NCBI GenBank assembly: GCA_903870685.1
Contig: CAIQDX010000013.1
Location: forward strand, 1,350 to 65,349
DNA: 64,000 nucleotides
Direction of reading: 5' to 3'
Source: an uncultured Chitinophagaceae bacterium
GTDB taxonomy: Bacteria > Bacteroidota > Bacteroidia > Chitinophagales > Chitinophagaceae
Of the stretch, positions 47,561-55,108 are shown piece after piece. The translations under genes were made by a program, and so were the position numbers. Each line of letters opens with the position of its first letter. Position 1 is the stretch's first letter. The notes beneath the pieces were generated by a model, which was given only the letters and a program-made list of their open reading frames with translations, made no database searches and was not told the DNA's origin.

Positions 47561-48511
47561 TTACCAGTTACTAAATCGTAAACCAACCGCATATGGAAAC
47601 TGATCTACGCCTGTACTTTCTTTATGCAATGCATTTAAACTATAACTTCCGTATAATCTTATTGGACCCAATCCAAGTTCTGTAATTGCAGCTAAACGCC
47701 ATGGTTGCAAAGCAAGATCACCACGATATTTTTGTTTGCCATTTTGTGCACTTATTTGTTTATTGTGATTGCCCAATAAATAACCTGCACTAACACCTGC
47801 ACTCATACTAAATCCATTGTGCTTATGTGGTGTGGTGTTTATGTTTAACATTAAAGGCACAGTTAAATAACCGACATATAATTTATTCTTCGAAAAATTA
47901 ATCGTGTCGTTAAAAACATAAGGGGTTGGATTACTTCTGTAACTCAAACTATGATCGTAACGAAAATTATACATCTCTAAACCCAAACCATATTTCAGGT
48001 TTAATACATGCTGAGAGATATTTAATTTTTGCATGAAGATCCACAGGTTTACATTAGATGATTTTCCGGTATTTAAAGCAAAACTATTTTGATTTATTGC
48101 AGATCCATTTACAGTTTTAAAATAACCCATCGATTGCGCTGATGTATAATTTGTATTATCGCGAACATTGGTAAAACCTAAATCAAATATCCACCAATTG
48201 GTACTGATGTTATTTAAGTTCCTCTTTTTATGATTGTCAAAACGAACATTAACACCAATATGCGGTTTTTCCGGAACGCTATCAGAAGTTATCTTAATAG
48301 GTTCTTCTTCACCATTGCCAAAATGGATCCTTAAGTTTTGATATTTTTTATGTTGACTATTATCATCAATTTCTTTGTTTTTATTTTTTTTGATGATAAA
48401 AAAGTTGCCAACCTTAACAGTGTCGGTACTTTCAGAAGAACTACTATCCTTTTGGGCAAAGGTCATCAAGTTCATTAATGTGGCTACAATCAAAATTATC
48501 AAACGTTTCAT
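47561..48511 (-). CDS. Outer-membrane beta-barrel protein
   Basis: Signal peptide, alternating beta-strand pattern, C-terminal aromatic residue (...GLRFSNW). Confidence 0.6.
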   Translation of the reverse strand: MKRLIILIVATLMNLMTFAQKDSSSSESTDTVKVGNFFIIKKNKNKEIDDNSQHKKYQNLRIHFGNGEEEPIKITSDSVPEKPHIGVNVRFDNHKKRNLNNISTNWWIFDLGFTNVRDNTNYTSAQSMGYFKTVNGSAINQNSFALNTGKSSNVNLWIFMQKLNISQHVLNLKYGLGLEMYNFRYDHSLSYRSNPTPYVFNDTINFSKNKLYVGYLTVPLMLNINTTPHKHNGFSMSAGVSAGYLLGNHNKQISAQNGKQKYRGDLALQPWRLAAITELGLGPIRLYGSYSLNALHKESTGVDQFPYAVGLRFSNW

Positions 48512-48529
48512 AAGATATTTTTTAAAAAA

Positions 48530-49588
48530 TTATTTTAAGGATTTTGTATTAACAGAAAAATTTGCAATGGCAACATTATTGTCATCATCATTTTTAGATT
48601 TTGCAAATGCAGCTTTAGCTCTTTTAAAGAATCCGCGAATTTTATCTTTATTCAATTCTATATTTCCTACATAAATATTATTATTTCTTTCATCCTCATC
48701 GGTGTTTAATTCTTTATAAACTGTTTGATGAAAAATACTTTTTTCTTCGGTAGGTGAAACAGTTGAATTGTTTACTGCTAATTGTCTTTCGTTATTGCCA
48801 ACCGGAGCAACAATTGATTTTTTTTGATCGATAATATTTTCCTGGACAGTTTTGCTTGGTGAAGATTTTTTATCGACGATATTATTTTCTGCAATTAAAT
48901 TATTTGTTTGGTTAGTTGTTGGAAGAACAGCCTGTTTAAAAGTATTTGTTTCTTTCTTTTCGATTTTATTTTTTGCAGCAACTACAATTTTATTTTCAGG
49001 TACTACAATTTTATTATTCAATAACTTATTCGTGTCAGGTACAACAACTTTATTTTTTGTAGATACAATCTGATTTGAAGTTTCGTTTTTACCTGGAATT
49101 ACTGTCCAAACCAAAAACACTAAACCAATAAAAGCCGCTGCCACAGCTATTCTTGAGAAACTAAAATAAACAAATGGCTTTTCTTTTTTTCTGTACAACG
49201 ATTTTTTATCGGAGAAAATAATAGTTTCTGGTTCTAATTTTGTTTGCTTTAATAAAATAAATTTTTCCTGTACCTGCGGATGCTGCAACACAAAAATCTC
49301 TACTTTATTTCTTTCATCATCGTTTAATTCATTATCAACATACAATAAGAACTGTTCTTCATAATTGTTCAAATTCAATTTGGCATCATCTGTTTTATAT
49401 AAAGAATTTTTATCAGCAAAAACCATTTCATCGTCCTCTAATTTTGTTTGCACCAACATTTTTAATTCGTTTGCAACATCGGGATTCTCTTTTATAAACA
49501 GTTCAACAGCCTGCTGCTCCTGAGCAGAAAGTTCTCCATCGGCATAAAGCAAAAAGAATTCTTCGTAATTATTTCTGTTGATGTTCAT
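48530..49588 (-). CDS. Membrane-spanning anti-sigma-like protein with a duplicated N-terminal domain
   Basis: Immediately follows the ECF sigma gene (a single nucleotide separates its ATG at 49588 from the sigma stop at 49590-49592). Central TM segment; the N-terminal ~60-aa module is present twice. Confidence 0.55.
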   Translation of the reverse strand: MNINRNNYEEFFLLYADGELSAQEQQAVELFIKENPDVANELKMLVQTKLEDDEMVFADKNSLYKTDDAKLNLNNYEEQFLLYVDNELNDDERNKVEIFVLQHPQVQEKFILLKQTKLEPETIIFSDKKSLYRKKEKPFVYFSFSRIAVAAAFIGLVFLVWTVIPGKNETSNQIVSTKNKVVVPDTNKLLNNKIVVPENKIVVAAKNKIEKKETNTFKQAVLPTTNQTNNLIAENNIVDKKSSPSKTVQENIIDQKKSIVAPVGNNERQLAVNNSTVSPTEEKSIFHQTVYKELNTDEDERNNNIYVGNIELNKDKIRGFFKRAKAAFAKSKNDDDNNVAIANFSVNTKSLK

Positions 49589-49589
49589 T

Positions 49590-50075
49590 TTATAAAACGT
49601 TTTCGGGACTCACTAAATAATTTCTTAATGTTAATCTTGCACGATGTAAATAAACTTTCACCTGGCTTTCATTTAATCCCATTATCTCACCAATTTCTCC
49701 ATAATTATATCCTTCATAATCTTTAAGCATTACCAAACTTCTTTGTGTTTCATTCAGTTTATTTAAAGCTTCCATCAATACTTTCTTTGTATTTGAATTA
49801 GTTTGATGCACAATTTTACTTCCTTCTGCAAATTCATCTTTCAAATTAATTCGTTTCACTTTTCTGATATGATCGATCATCTGGTTATAAGCAACAGTAA
49901 ACAAATAAGATTTCGATTTTTCATTCTCTACATCTTCACGATTACGCCATAATTTTTCGAAAGCTGTTTGCACAATGTCCTTTGCATCTTCCTCATGACG
50001 AAGATTCTTGACAATGAATCGGTATACATTGTCAGCATATTGATTAACGCATTGATTATATTCTTTCTCTGTCAT
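49590..50075 (-). CDS. ECF-type RNA polymerase sigma-70 factor
   Basis: Region 2 (DIVQTAFEKLW) and region 4 (YEGYNYGEIGEIMGLNESQVKVYLHRAR). Confidence 0.9.
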   Translation of the reverse strand: MTEKEYNQCVNQYADNVYRFIVKNLRHEEDAKDIVQTAFEKLWRNREDVENEKSKSYLFTVAYNQMIDHIRKVKRINLKDEFAEGSKIVHQTNSNTKKVLMEALNKLNETQRSLVMLKDYEGYNYGEIGEIMGLNESQVKVYLHRARLTLRNYLVSPENVL

Positions 50076-50118
50076 AAACAGCCTTGAAAATTCAGAATGT
50101 TCGCTTTATTGTAAGTTA

Positions 50119-50143
50119 TACGAAACAGCGCTCAATAAGTTAC
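50119..50143 (-). promoter_or_regulatory. Candidate ECF-type autoregulated promoter
   Basis: The minus strand reads TGTAAC-N16-CGTATAA about 45-70 nt upstream of the ECF sigma ATG at 50075. Confidence 0.4.
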
Positions 50144-50182
50144 AGTGCACAAAAAAAAAATACCGTGGATTAGCGGGTTAGG

Positions 50183-50404
50183 TTATTTATAAACGGCAAC
50201 GATCATATGACTAAGCGGATTGAAAAAAATATCATCCGAATTATCGTTTTTTTGCTTACACTCTTTACAATTTTGATGGCAACATGTTTTAGCCGGTGAT
50301 CTCTTTTTTTTAGTACGAGCTTGTTGAAGAAATGTCATTGCCGTTACAGCAATAACAACAATTATCGATAACTGCAATAAATATTTTGATTTCATAAACA
50401 GCAT
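50183..50404 (-). CDS. Small Cys-rich membrane protein (hypothetical)
   Basis: 73-aa ORF with one TM segment and a CCHQNCKEC cluster; weak support. Confidence 0.35.
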   Translation of the reverse strand: MLFMKSKYLLQLSIIVVIAVTAMTFLQQARTKKKRSPAKTCCHQNCKECKQKNDNSDDIFFNPLSHMIVAVYK

Positions 50405-50567
50405 TTAAAAATTGTTAGACGAATTTAGTTCCAAAATGTTACAGTTTATATAAACTAAAAGTTAAATTGGTAGTTGATTGTTAACGGTATTTATATGCTA
50501 TAATTCACTCCAGTTTATCCAAAAAAGCAATGTTTAAAAATAATCTTTACAAATTCGGCTGTAACCT

Positions 50568-50575
50568 TAATTTTG
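50568..50575 (+). promoter_or_regulatory. Candidate -7 promoter box for the CarB-like gene
   Basis: TAATTTTG matches TAnnTTTG; it favours the ATG at 50591 over the TTG at 50573. Confidence 0.3.
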
Positions 50576-50590
50576 CGCAATCCTTCAAAA

Positions 50591-51784
50591 ATGAGTACAG
50601 CACTAAATTCCAACGAATCTGTTCGTTCACAGAAAAAGAAGATCATTGTTTTAGGCAGTGGCCCAAATCGCATTGGTCAGGGTATTGAATTTGATTATTG
50701 TTGCGTTCACGGCCTGATCGCCATAAAAGAAAGCGGTTATGAAGCCATTATGGTGAACTGCAATCCTGAAACAGTTTCTACTGATTTTGATATTGCCGAC
50801 AAACTTTATTTCGAGCCCGTTTATTGGGAACATCTCTGGGAAATTATTGAATTAGAAAAACCCGAAGGAGTTATTGTTCAGTTAGGCGGACAAACTGCTT
50901 TGAAATTGTCGAAACGTTTACACGAAAAAGGAATTAAAATCATTGGAACTTCTTTCGATGATATGGATATTGCCGAAGACCGCGGAAGATTTAGTGATCT
51001 TTTAAAAGAATTAGATATTCCTTATCCCGAGTACGGAACTGCTCTCGATGCTGATGAAGCTATTGAAGTTGCAAACAGAGTTGGTTACCCGGTTTTGGTT
51101 CGTCCGAGTTATGTGTTAGGTGGACAAAGAATGCGAATAGTAATTAATGATGAAGATGTTGAAAAAGCTGTTATCAGTTTATTAAAACATCTTCCCGGAA
51201 ATAAAATTTTAATTGATCATTTTTTAGATCGTTGTCAAGAAGCAGAAGTTGATGCGATTTTTGACGGAGAGAATTTTCATGTGATGGGTGTGATGGAACA
51301 TATTGAACCGGCTGGTATTCATAGTGGCGATAGTAATGCGGTTTTACCTGCATTTAATTTAACGCCGTTGATCGTTGAAACAATGGAATATTACAGCGAG
51401 AAGATTGCACGTGCATTAAACATAAAAGGTTTGATCAATATTCAGTTTGCCATTAAAGGCGATAAGGTATTTGTTATAGAAGCTAATCCAAGAGCATCTC
51501 GTACAACGCCTTTCATTGCTAAGGCTTACGGAATTCCGTTTTTAAATATTGCAACTAAAGTAATGTTGGGTTCGGCAAAATTGACCGACTTTAATTTAGA
51601 AAAAAAGTTAGATGGTTATGCCATTAAAGAACCTGTTTTTAGTTTCGATAAATTTCCCGGCGTAAGTAAAGAATTAGGACCAGAAATGAAAAGTACCGGT
51701 GAAGCTATTCGTTTTATAAAAGATCTACGCGACCCATACTTCAGAACTTTGTACAAAGAAAGAAGTATGAATTTGAGCAAATAG
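50591..51784 (+). CDS. Stand-alone ATP-grasp protein matching only the second (carbamoyl-phosphate) half of CarB
   Basis: KKIIVLGSGPNRIGQGIEFDYCCVHG, MVNCNPETVSTDFD, GYPVLVRPSYVLGGQ, EANPRASRTTPF. There is no N-terminal half and no MGS-like allosteric domain. Start set to ATG 50591. Confidence 0.8.
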   Translation: MSTALNSNESVRSQKKKIIVLGSGPNRIGQGIEFDYCCVHGLIAIKESGYEAIMVNCNPETVSTDFDIADKLYFEPVYWEHLWEIIELEKPEGVIVQLGGQTALKLSKRLHEKGIKIIGTSFDDMDIAEDRGRFSDLLKELDIPYPEYGTALDADEAIEVANRVGYPVLVRPSYVLGGQRMRIVINDEDVEKAVISLLKHLPGNKILIDHFLDRCQEAEVDAIFDGENFHVMGVMEHIEPAGIHSGDSNAVLPAFNLTPLIVETMEYYSEKIARALNIKGLINIQFAIKGDKVFVIEANPRASRTTPFIAKAYGIPFLNIATKVMLGSAKLTDFNLEKKLDGYAIKEPVFSFDKFPGVSKELGPEMKSTGEAIRFIKDLRDPYFRTLYKERSMNLSK

Positions 51785-51794
51785 TTTTTCAAAT

Positions 51795-51837
51795 AAAAAA
51801 GTCATTCGAGTTTGTACAAACTCGAATGACTTTTTTT
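51795..51837. terminator. Bidirectional terminator between convergent genes (CarB-like and the response regulator)
   Basis: Perfect 14-bp stem GTCATTCGAGTTTG/CAAACTCGAATGAC flanked by AAAAAA and TTTTTTT. Confidence 0.85.
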
Positions 51838-51867
51838 ATAATGAATCTTTCCAAGAATTATTTCTTA

Positions 51868-52533
51868 CTAAACTATTTCTACGATCTTATTCTTAATGGC
51901 ATACATGGCCAATCCCATTCTGGTATGCACATTTAGTTTTTCGAATAAAGCGTTACGATAATCATCAACTGTTCGAGGACTAACAAAAAGTTTTTCTGCA
52001 ATATCTTTATAAGTCAATTCGGTGCAGATCAAACGAAGAAATTCTTTTTCTTTATCCGATAACATCGTTGGTTCCAATGGTTGATGATAATCCTGATGTA
52101 AACCTGAAATAACTTTACCTGAAATAGTTTCAGACAAATAAAAATCTTTTTTTATCACTGATTCTAAAGCAATATTTAATTCATCAGGCTCCACATTTTT
52201 CATCAAATAACCTTTTGCACCCAAGCGCAACATACGAATGATACTGCTTTCATCACTTTGCATCGAAAGTGCCAATACTTTTATTTGCGGATAATTTCGT
52301 GTTAACCATTTTGCAGTATCAAAGCCATCCATTTCGGGCATATTAATATCCAATAAAATAATATCAGGGATTTGAATGGTTTGAATTTTTTCTATTAATT
52401 CTTTTCCATTTCCTGCTTCATAAATAACTGAATAATTGTCGAATGATGCAATGAGTCTTGCCAAAGCACTGCGCATCAATGTGTGATCGTCGGTAACAGC
52501 TACTTGATAAATTTTGTTTGAATTTGCGGCCAT
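51868..52533 (-). CDS. NarL/LuxR-family response regulator
   Basis: Receiver motif DIILLDINMPEMDG and LuxR HTH (TYKDIAEKLFVSPRTVDDYR). Confidence 0.9.
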   Translation of the reverse strand: MAANSNKIYQVAVTDDHTLMRSALARLIASFDNYSVIYEAGNGKELIEKIQTIQIPDIILLDINMPEMDGFDTAKWLTRNYPQIKVLALSMQSDESSIIRMLRLGAKGYLMKNVEPDELNIALESVIKKDFYLSETISGKVISGLHQDYHQPLEPTMLSDKEKEFLRLICTELTYKDIAEKLFVSPRTVDDYRNALFEKLNVHTRMGLAMYAIKNKIVEIV

Positions 52534-52535
52534 TG

Positions 52536-53366
52536 TTATTCTTCTTTAGGTATTGTTTCTTTTTGCAAAGGTAATGTTATCGTAATACTTGTTCCAGTTC
52601 CAATTATACTATTGATTATAAATTTCGCGCTAATCAATTTAGCTCGATTGATCATACTCTTTAAACCAACACCACCTGATGCTGAAGGTTTATCTTTTTT
52701 CTCTTCAACATTAAAACCTACACCATTGTCTTTAACGGCTAAAATAAAAATATCGTCTTTTGTATAATTGATAGAAACATTTACAAGGGTGGCTTTAGAA
52801 TGCTTTAAAGTGTTGTTGAGAATTTCCTGAAACATGCGAAAAAGAAAAATAGATTTTTGGGGATCCAATATTTTAGTACTGTCATTCTTGTTGTGTGTAA
52901 ATTCAATCGGCATCAATCCTGTTCTGCGAATAGTATTGATCTCAAATTCGATGGCTTGTTCTAATCCAATTTGAGTGATGCGATCGGTGTGCAAACTTTT
53001 TGTAAGGTTCCCCAGATCGAGAATAGCTTTATTAAGAATTTCTCTTGATTCGAAAATAGTTTGATATGCCGGATGCTGTTTATCAATGCCTGCACTGGCC
53101 ATTGTAAGTTTAACTACAGAAAGCATTTGACCAACATTATCATGCAACTCCTGGCTGATTGTTTTTAAAGTTTTTTCCTGAATTTCTAATTGGCTGCGTA
53201 ATAATTCCTGATCAAATTCTTCTTTTAATTTGACCATCTCTTTTTCATATCGCTGCTGTCTGCTTTGATATAGAAATACCATTGCAACAATAAATAAAAC
53301 CAAGAAAACCGCAATGATTGCGCCTATAATTAAGACTGTGAGTATTTCCGTATTTTGATTTTGCAT
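52536..53366 (-). CDS. Sensor histidine kinase (HisKA_3/NarX-DesK type)
   Basis: One TM segment, H-box ELHDNVGQ, N-box EILNNTLKHS, G-boxes DNGVGF and GVGLKSM. Confidence 0.85.
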   Translation of the reverse strand: MQNQNTEILTVLIIGAIIAVFLVLFIVAMVFLYQSRQQRYEKEMVKLKEEFDQELLRSQLEIQEKTLKTISQELHDNVGQMLSVVKLTMASAGIDKQHPAYQTIFESREILNKAILDLGNLTKSLHTDRITQIGLEQAIEFEINTIRRTGLMPIEFTHNKNDSTKILDPQKSIFLFRMFQEILNNTLKHSKATLVNVSINYTKDDIFILAVKDNGVGFNVEEKKDKPSASGGVGLKSMINRAKLISAKFIINSIIGTGTSITITLPLQKETIPKEE

Positions 53367-54007
53367 AAAAAAGCAATACTAAACATTGAATATAAAAATA
53401 CATTTAATAAGTCCGTGATTCGCTCTATATTTTTTAAAATCACTTTAGGTAAACTCATCATTAAATTACTCAACCCATATAAAGGATATGTAAAAGCATA
53501 AAAAAATAATAGAGCTGAACAAATCCAAAATGGTGGTTGTTTTAATAAATTAACAGCATTTGGAAATAGAAACAATTCATAAAAATAAAAAATACAGCAA
53601 CCAACAATTAATAAACATCCTAATGCATAAGTAAAAGTCTGAAAGCCATGCCTACCCTGAAAGAAAAAAATATTTATTAAAGCTGCTATTGGGAAGAAAA
53701 ATAAAATAAACAGTATTATTTTATTTGCAATCTTGTTTCTAATAAACCCTCGTAACATCCATAAATAAAAACCAAACTCACAAGTTGTAAAAATATTATA
53801 CAACACTACAGTATTCTCTTCCTTTTCTATCCGAATAAGAAATGAAGCTAAAAGCTCTACAAATAATGAAACAACCAAAAAAATAATAAAAAGTTTTAAA
53901 TATAAATTTTGACCTTTCTTTTTAAATATTCCATATAAGCCAGAAGCAACAGCAAAAATTATTGCATATATGTATGGAGGAATTTTCATTGGTAATAAAA
54001 GTAGCAT
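53330..54007 (-). CDS. Seven-TM membrane protein, possibly the detached sensor domain of the downstream kinase
   Basis: About 7 hydrophobic helices; its stop overlaps the kinase start by 37 nt in a different frame. Confidence 0.55.
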   Translation of the reverse strand: MLLLLPMKIPPYIYAIIFAVASGLYGIFKKKGQNLYLKLFIIFLVVSLFVELLASFLIRIEKEENTVVLYNIFTTCEFGFYLWMLRGFIRNKIANKIILFILFFFPIAALINIFFFQGRHGFQTFTYALGCLLIVGCCIFYFYELFLFPNAVNLLKQPPFWICSALLFFYAFTYPLYGLSNLMMSLPKVILKNIERITDLLNVFLYSMFSIAFLCKIKIRKYSQS

Positions 54008-54021
54008 GTATTAACCTGTAT

Positions 54022-54050
54022 AAAAAATAAAACCTCCAATCAAGGAGGTT
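54022..54050 (-). terminator. Rho-independent terminator after the 54073..54558 gene
   Basis: AACCTCC/GGAGGTT stem; TTATTTTTT on the minus strand. Confidence 0.7.
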
Positions 54051-54072
54051 TTATTAAGATTTTAATACAGAA

Positions 54073-54558
54073 TTAAATAACTACAAATCCTTTATCTTTT
54101 GTATCAACAATTGTAATACCAATTTCATCGTTATCTAAATCCTGACTTTGTCCGCATAGAGGAGGACATAATCTTCCAGCATTGTAGGCAACAATGTTTG
54201 TTCCTTTATCGGTAGCAACATAAATGTCTTTATTTTTAGTAGTGCCGTCAGCATTCTCTTTTTGTTTGGTAGCAACCATAACTAAAGTTTGTCTGTCAGT
54301 ATATTCAGCCATTGGAGCTGTTTCTTTATCATAAGCCGCAAAATAAAATTTAACACCATCAGCGCCATGAGTTTTTGCATGTTCAATAAATTCTTCTAAT
54401 TCTTCTACGCTCCACCAAGCACTCAAAGAGTCTTCTTTACCTATTCTTTCACTGTTTTGAACCCATCTTTCTTGTTTGTAATTTCTGATTACATTGTCAA
54501 CATGACTGGTATTTACATATTTACCAACCTTTAGGGATTTTGTTTCAATTGTTTGCAT
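54073..54558 (-). CDS. Hypothetical protein (161 aa, cytoplasmic, no recognisable motif)
   Basis: Clean ORF followed by a strong terminator; long structured upstream region. Confidence 0.6.
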   Translation of the reverse strand: MQTIETKSLKVGKYVNTSHVDNVIRNYKQERWVQNSERIGKEDSLSAWWSVEELEEFIEHAKTHGADGVKFYFAAYDKETAPMAEYTDRQTLVMVATKQKENADGTTKNKDIYVATDKGTNIVAYNAGRLCPPLCGQSQDLDNDEIGITIVDTKDKGFVVI

Positions 54559-54715
54559 GGTTACTAGTTTTTGAAGTGGATAATTTATATGTACACCGTA
54601 AAAATATTTTCAAACAACGTTTGATTTTTGAGAAAAATGATGACTGTCAATCAATTATGAATTACTTCAATTCATAAACGATTAAATATCCCCTAATTCG
54701 GTGTAAAATGACGCT

Positions 54716-54822
54716 AAAAAAACCGTTAATAAAACCTCAATAAACCGTTAATAAAACAAGGAAAATACCGTTGAATAACGGTATTCAGGTACCGTTATTC
54801 AACGGTCAAAAAATACCGTGCA
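54716..54822 (+). repeat. Five iteron-like direct repeats centred on ACCGTT
   Basis: ACCGTT at 54722, 54744, 54767 and 54791, and ACCGTG at 54815. The first two units are identical over 16 nt (AAACCGTTAATAAAAC). Confidence 0.85.
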
Positions 54823-54930
54823 AATTTATTAGATCAATTCTTAGTTATTTGATTACAAGTTAAGATATTAGCTAGAGGTTAGTAATTTCTCCGTTTCTGA
54901 AATCCAATATTCTATTTACAAAACCTCCCA

Positions 54931-54975
54931 TTTCCTCAGAAGTTTTCCTTAAAACTGATGAGGAAATTTTTGTTT
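54931..54975 (+). terminator. Orphan terminator-like hairpin with no upstream plus-strand gene
   Basis: TTTCCTCA...TGAGGAAA outer stem plus AGTTTT/AAAACT inner stem with a CCTT loop, followed by TTTTTGTTT. Confidence 0.5.
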
Positions 54976-55108
54976 AGGAAGATGCTATATTATATCAAAA
55001 ATTTTTAAATTTTTCTATCCGCACTAAATAATTATAGTAATTACTTTTTAATATCCTCAATGAATTAAAAATCTTCTTTCTTAAAAAAATTTACAAACAA
55101 TTAGCTAC

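Noticed and set aside
54575-54583. DnaA-box-like nonamer (reverse complement TTATCCACT) near the iteron-like array, hinting at an origin of replication
   Set aside because: It is a single 8/9 match with no cluster of boxes and no dnaA or dnaN nearby. The AT-rich spacer alone is insufficient. Mentioned only as something to exclude.
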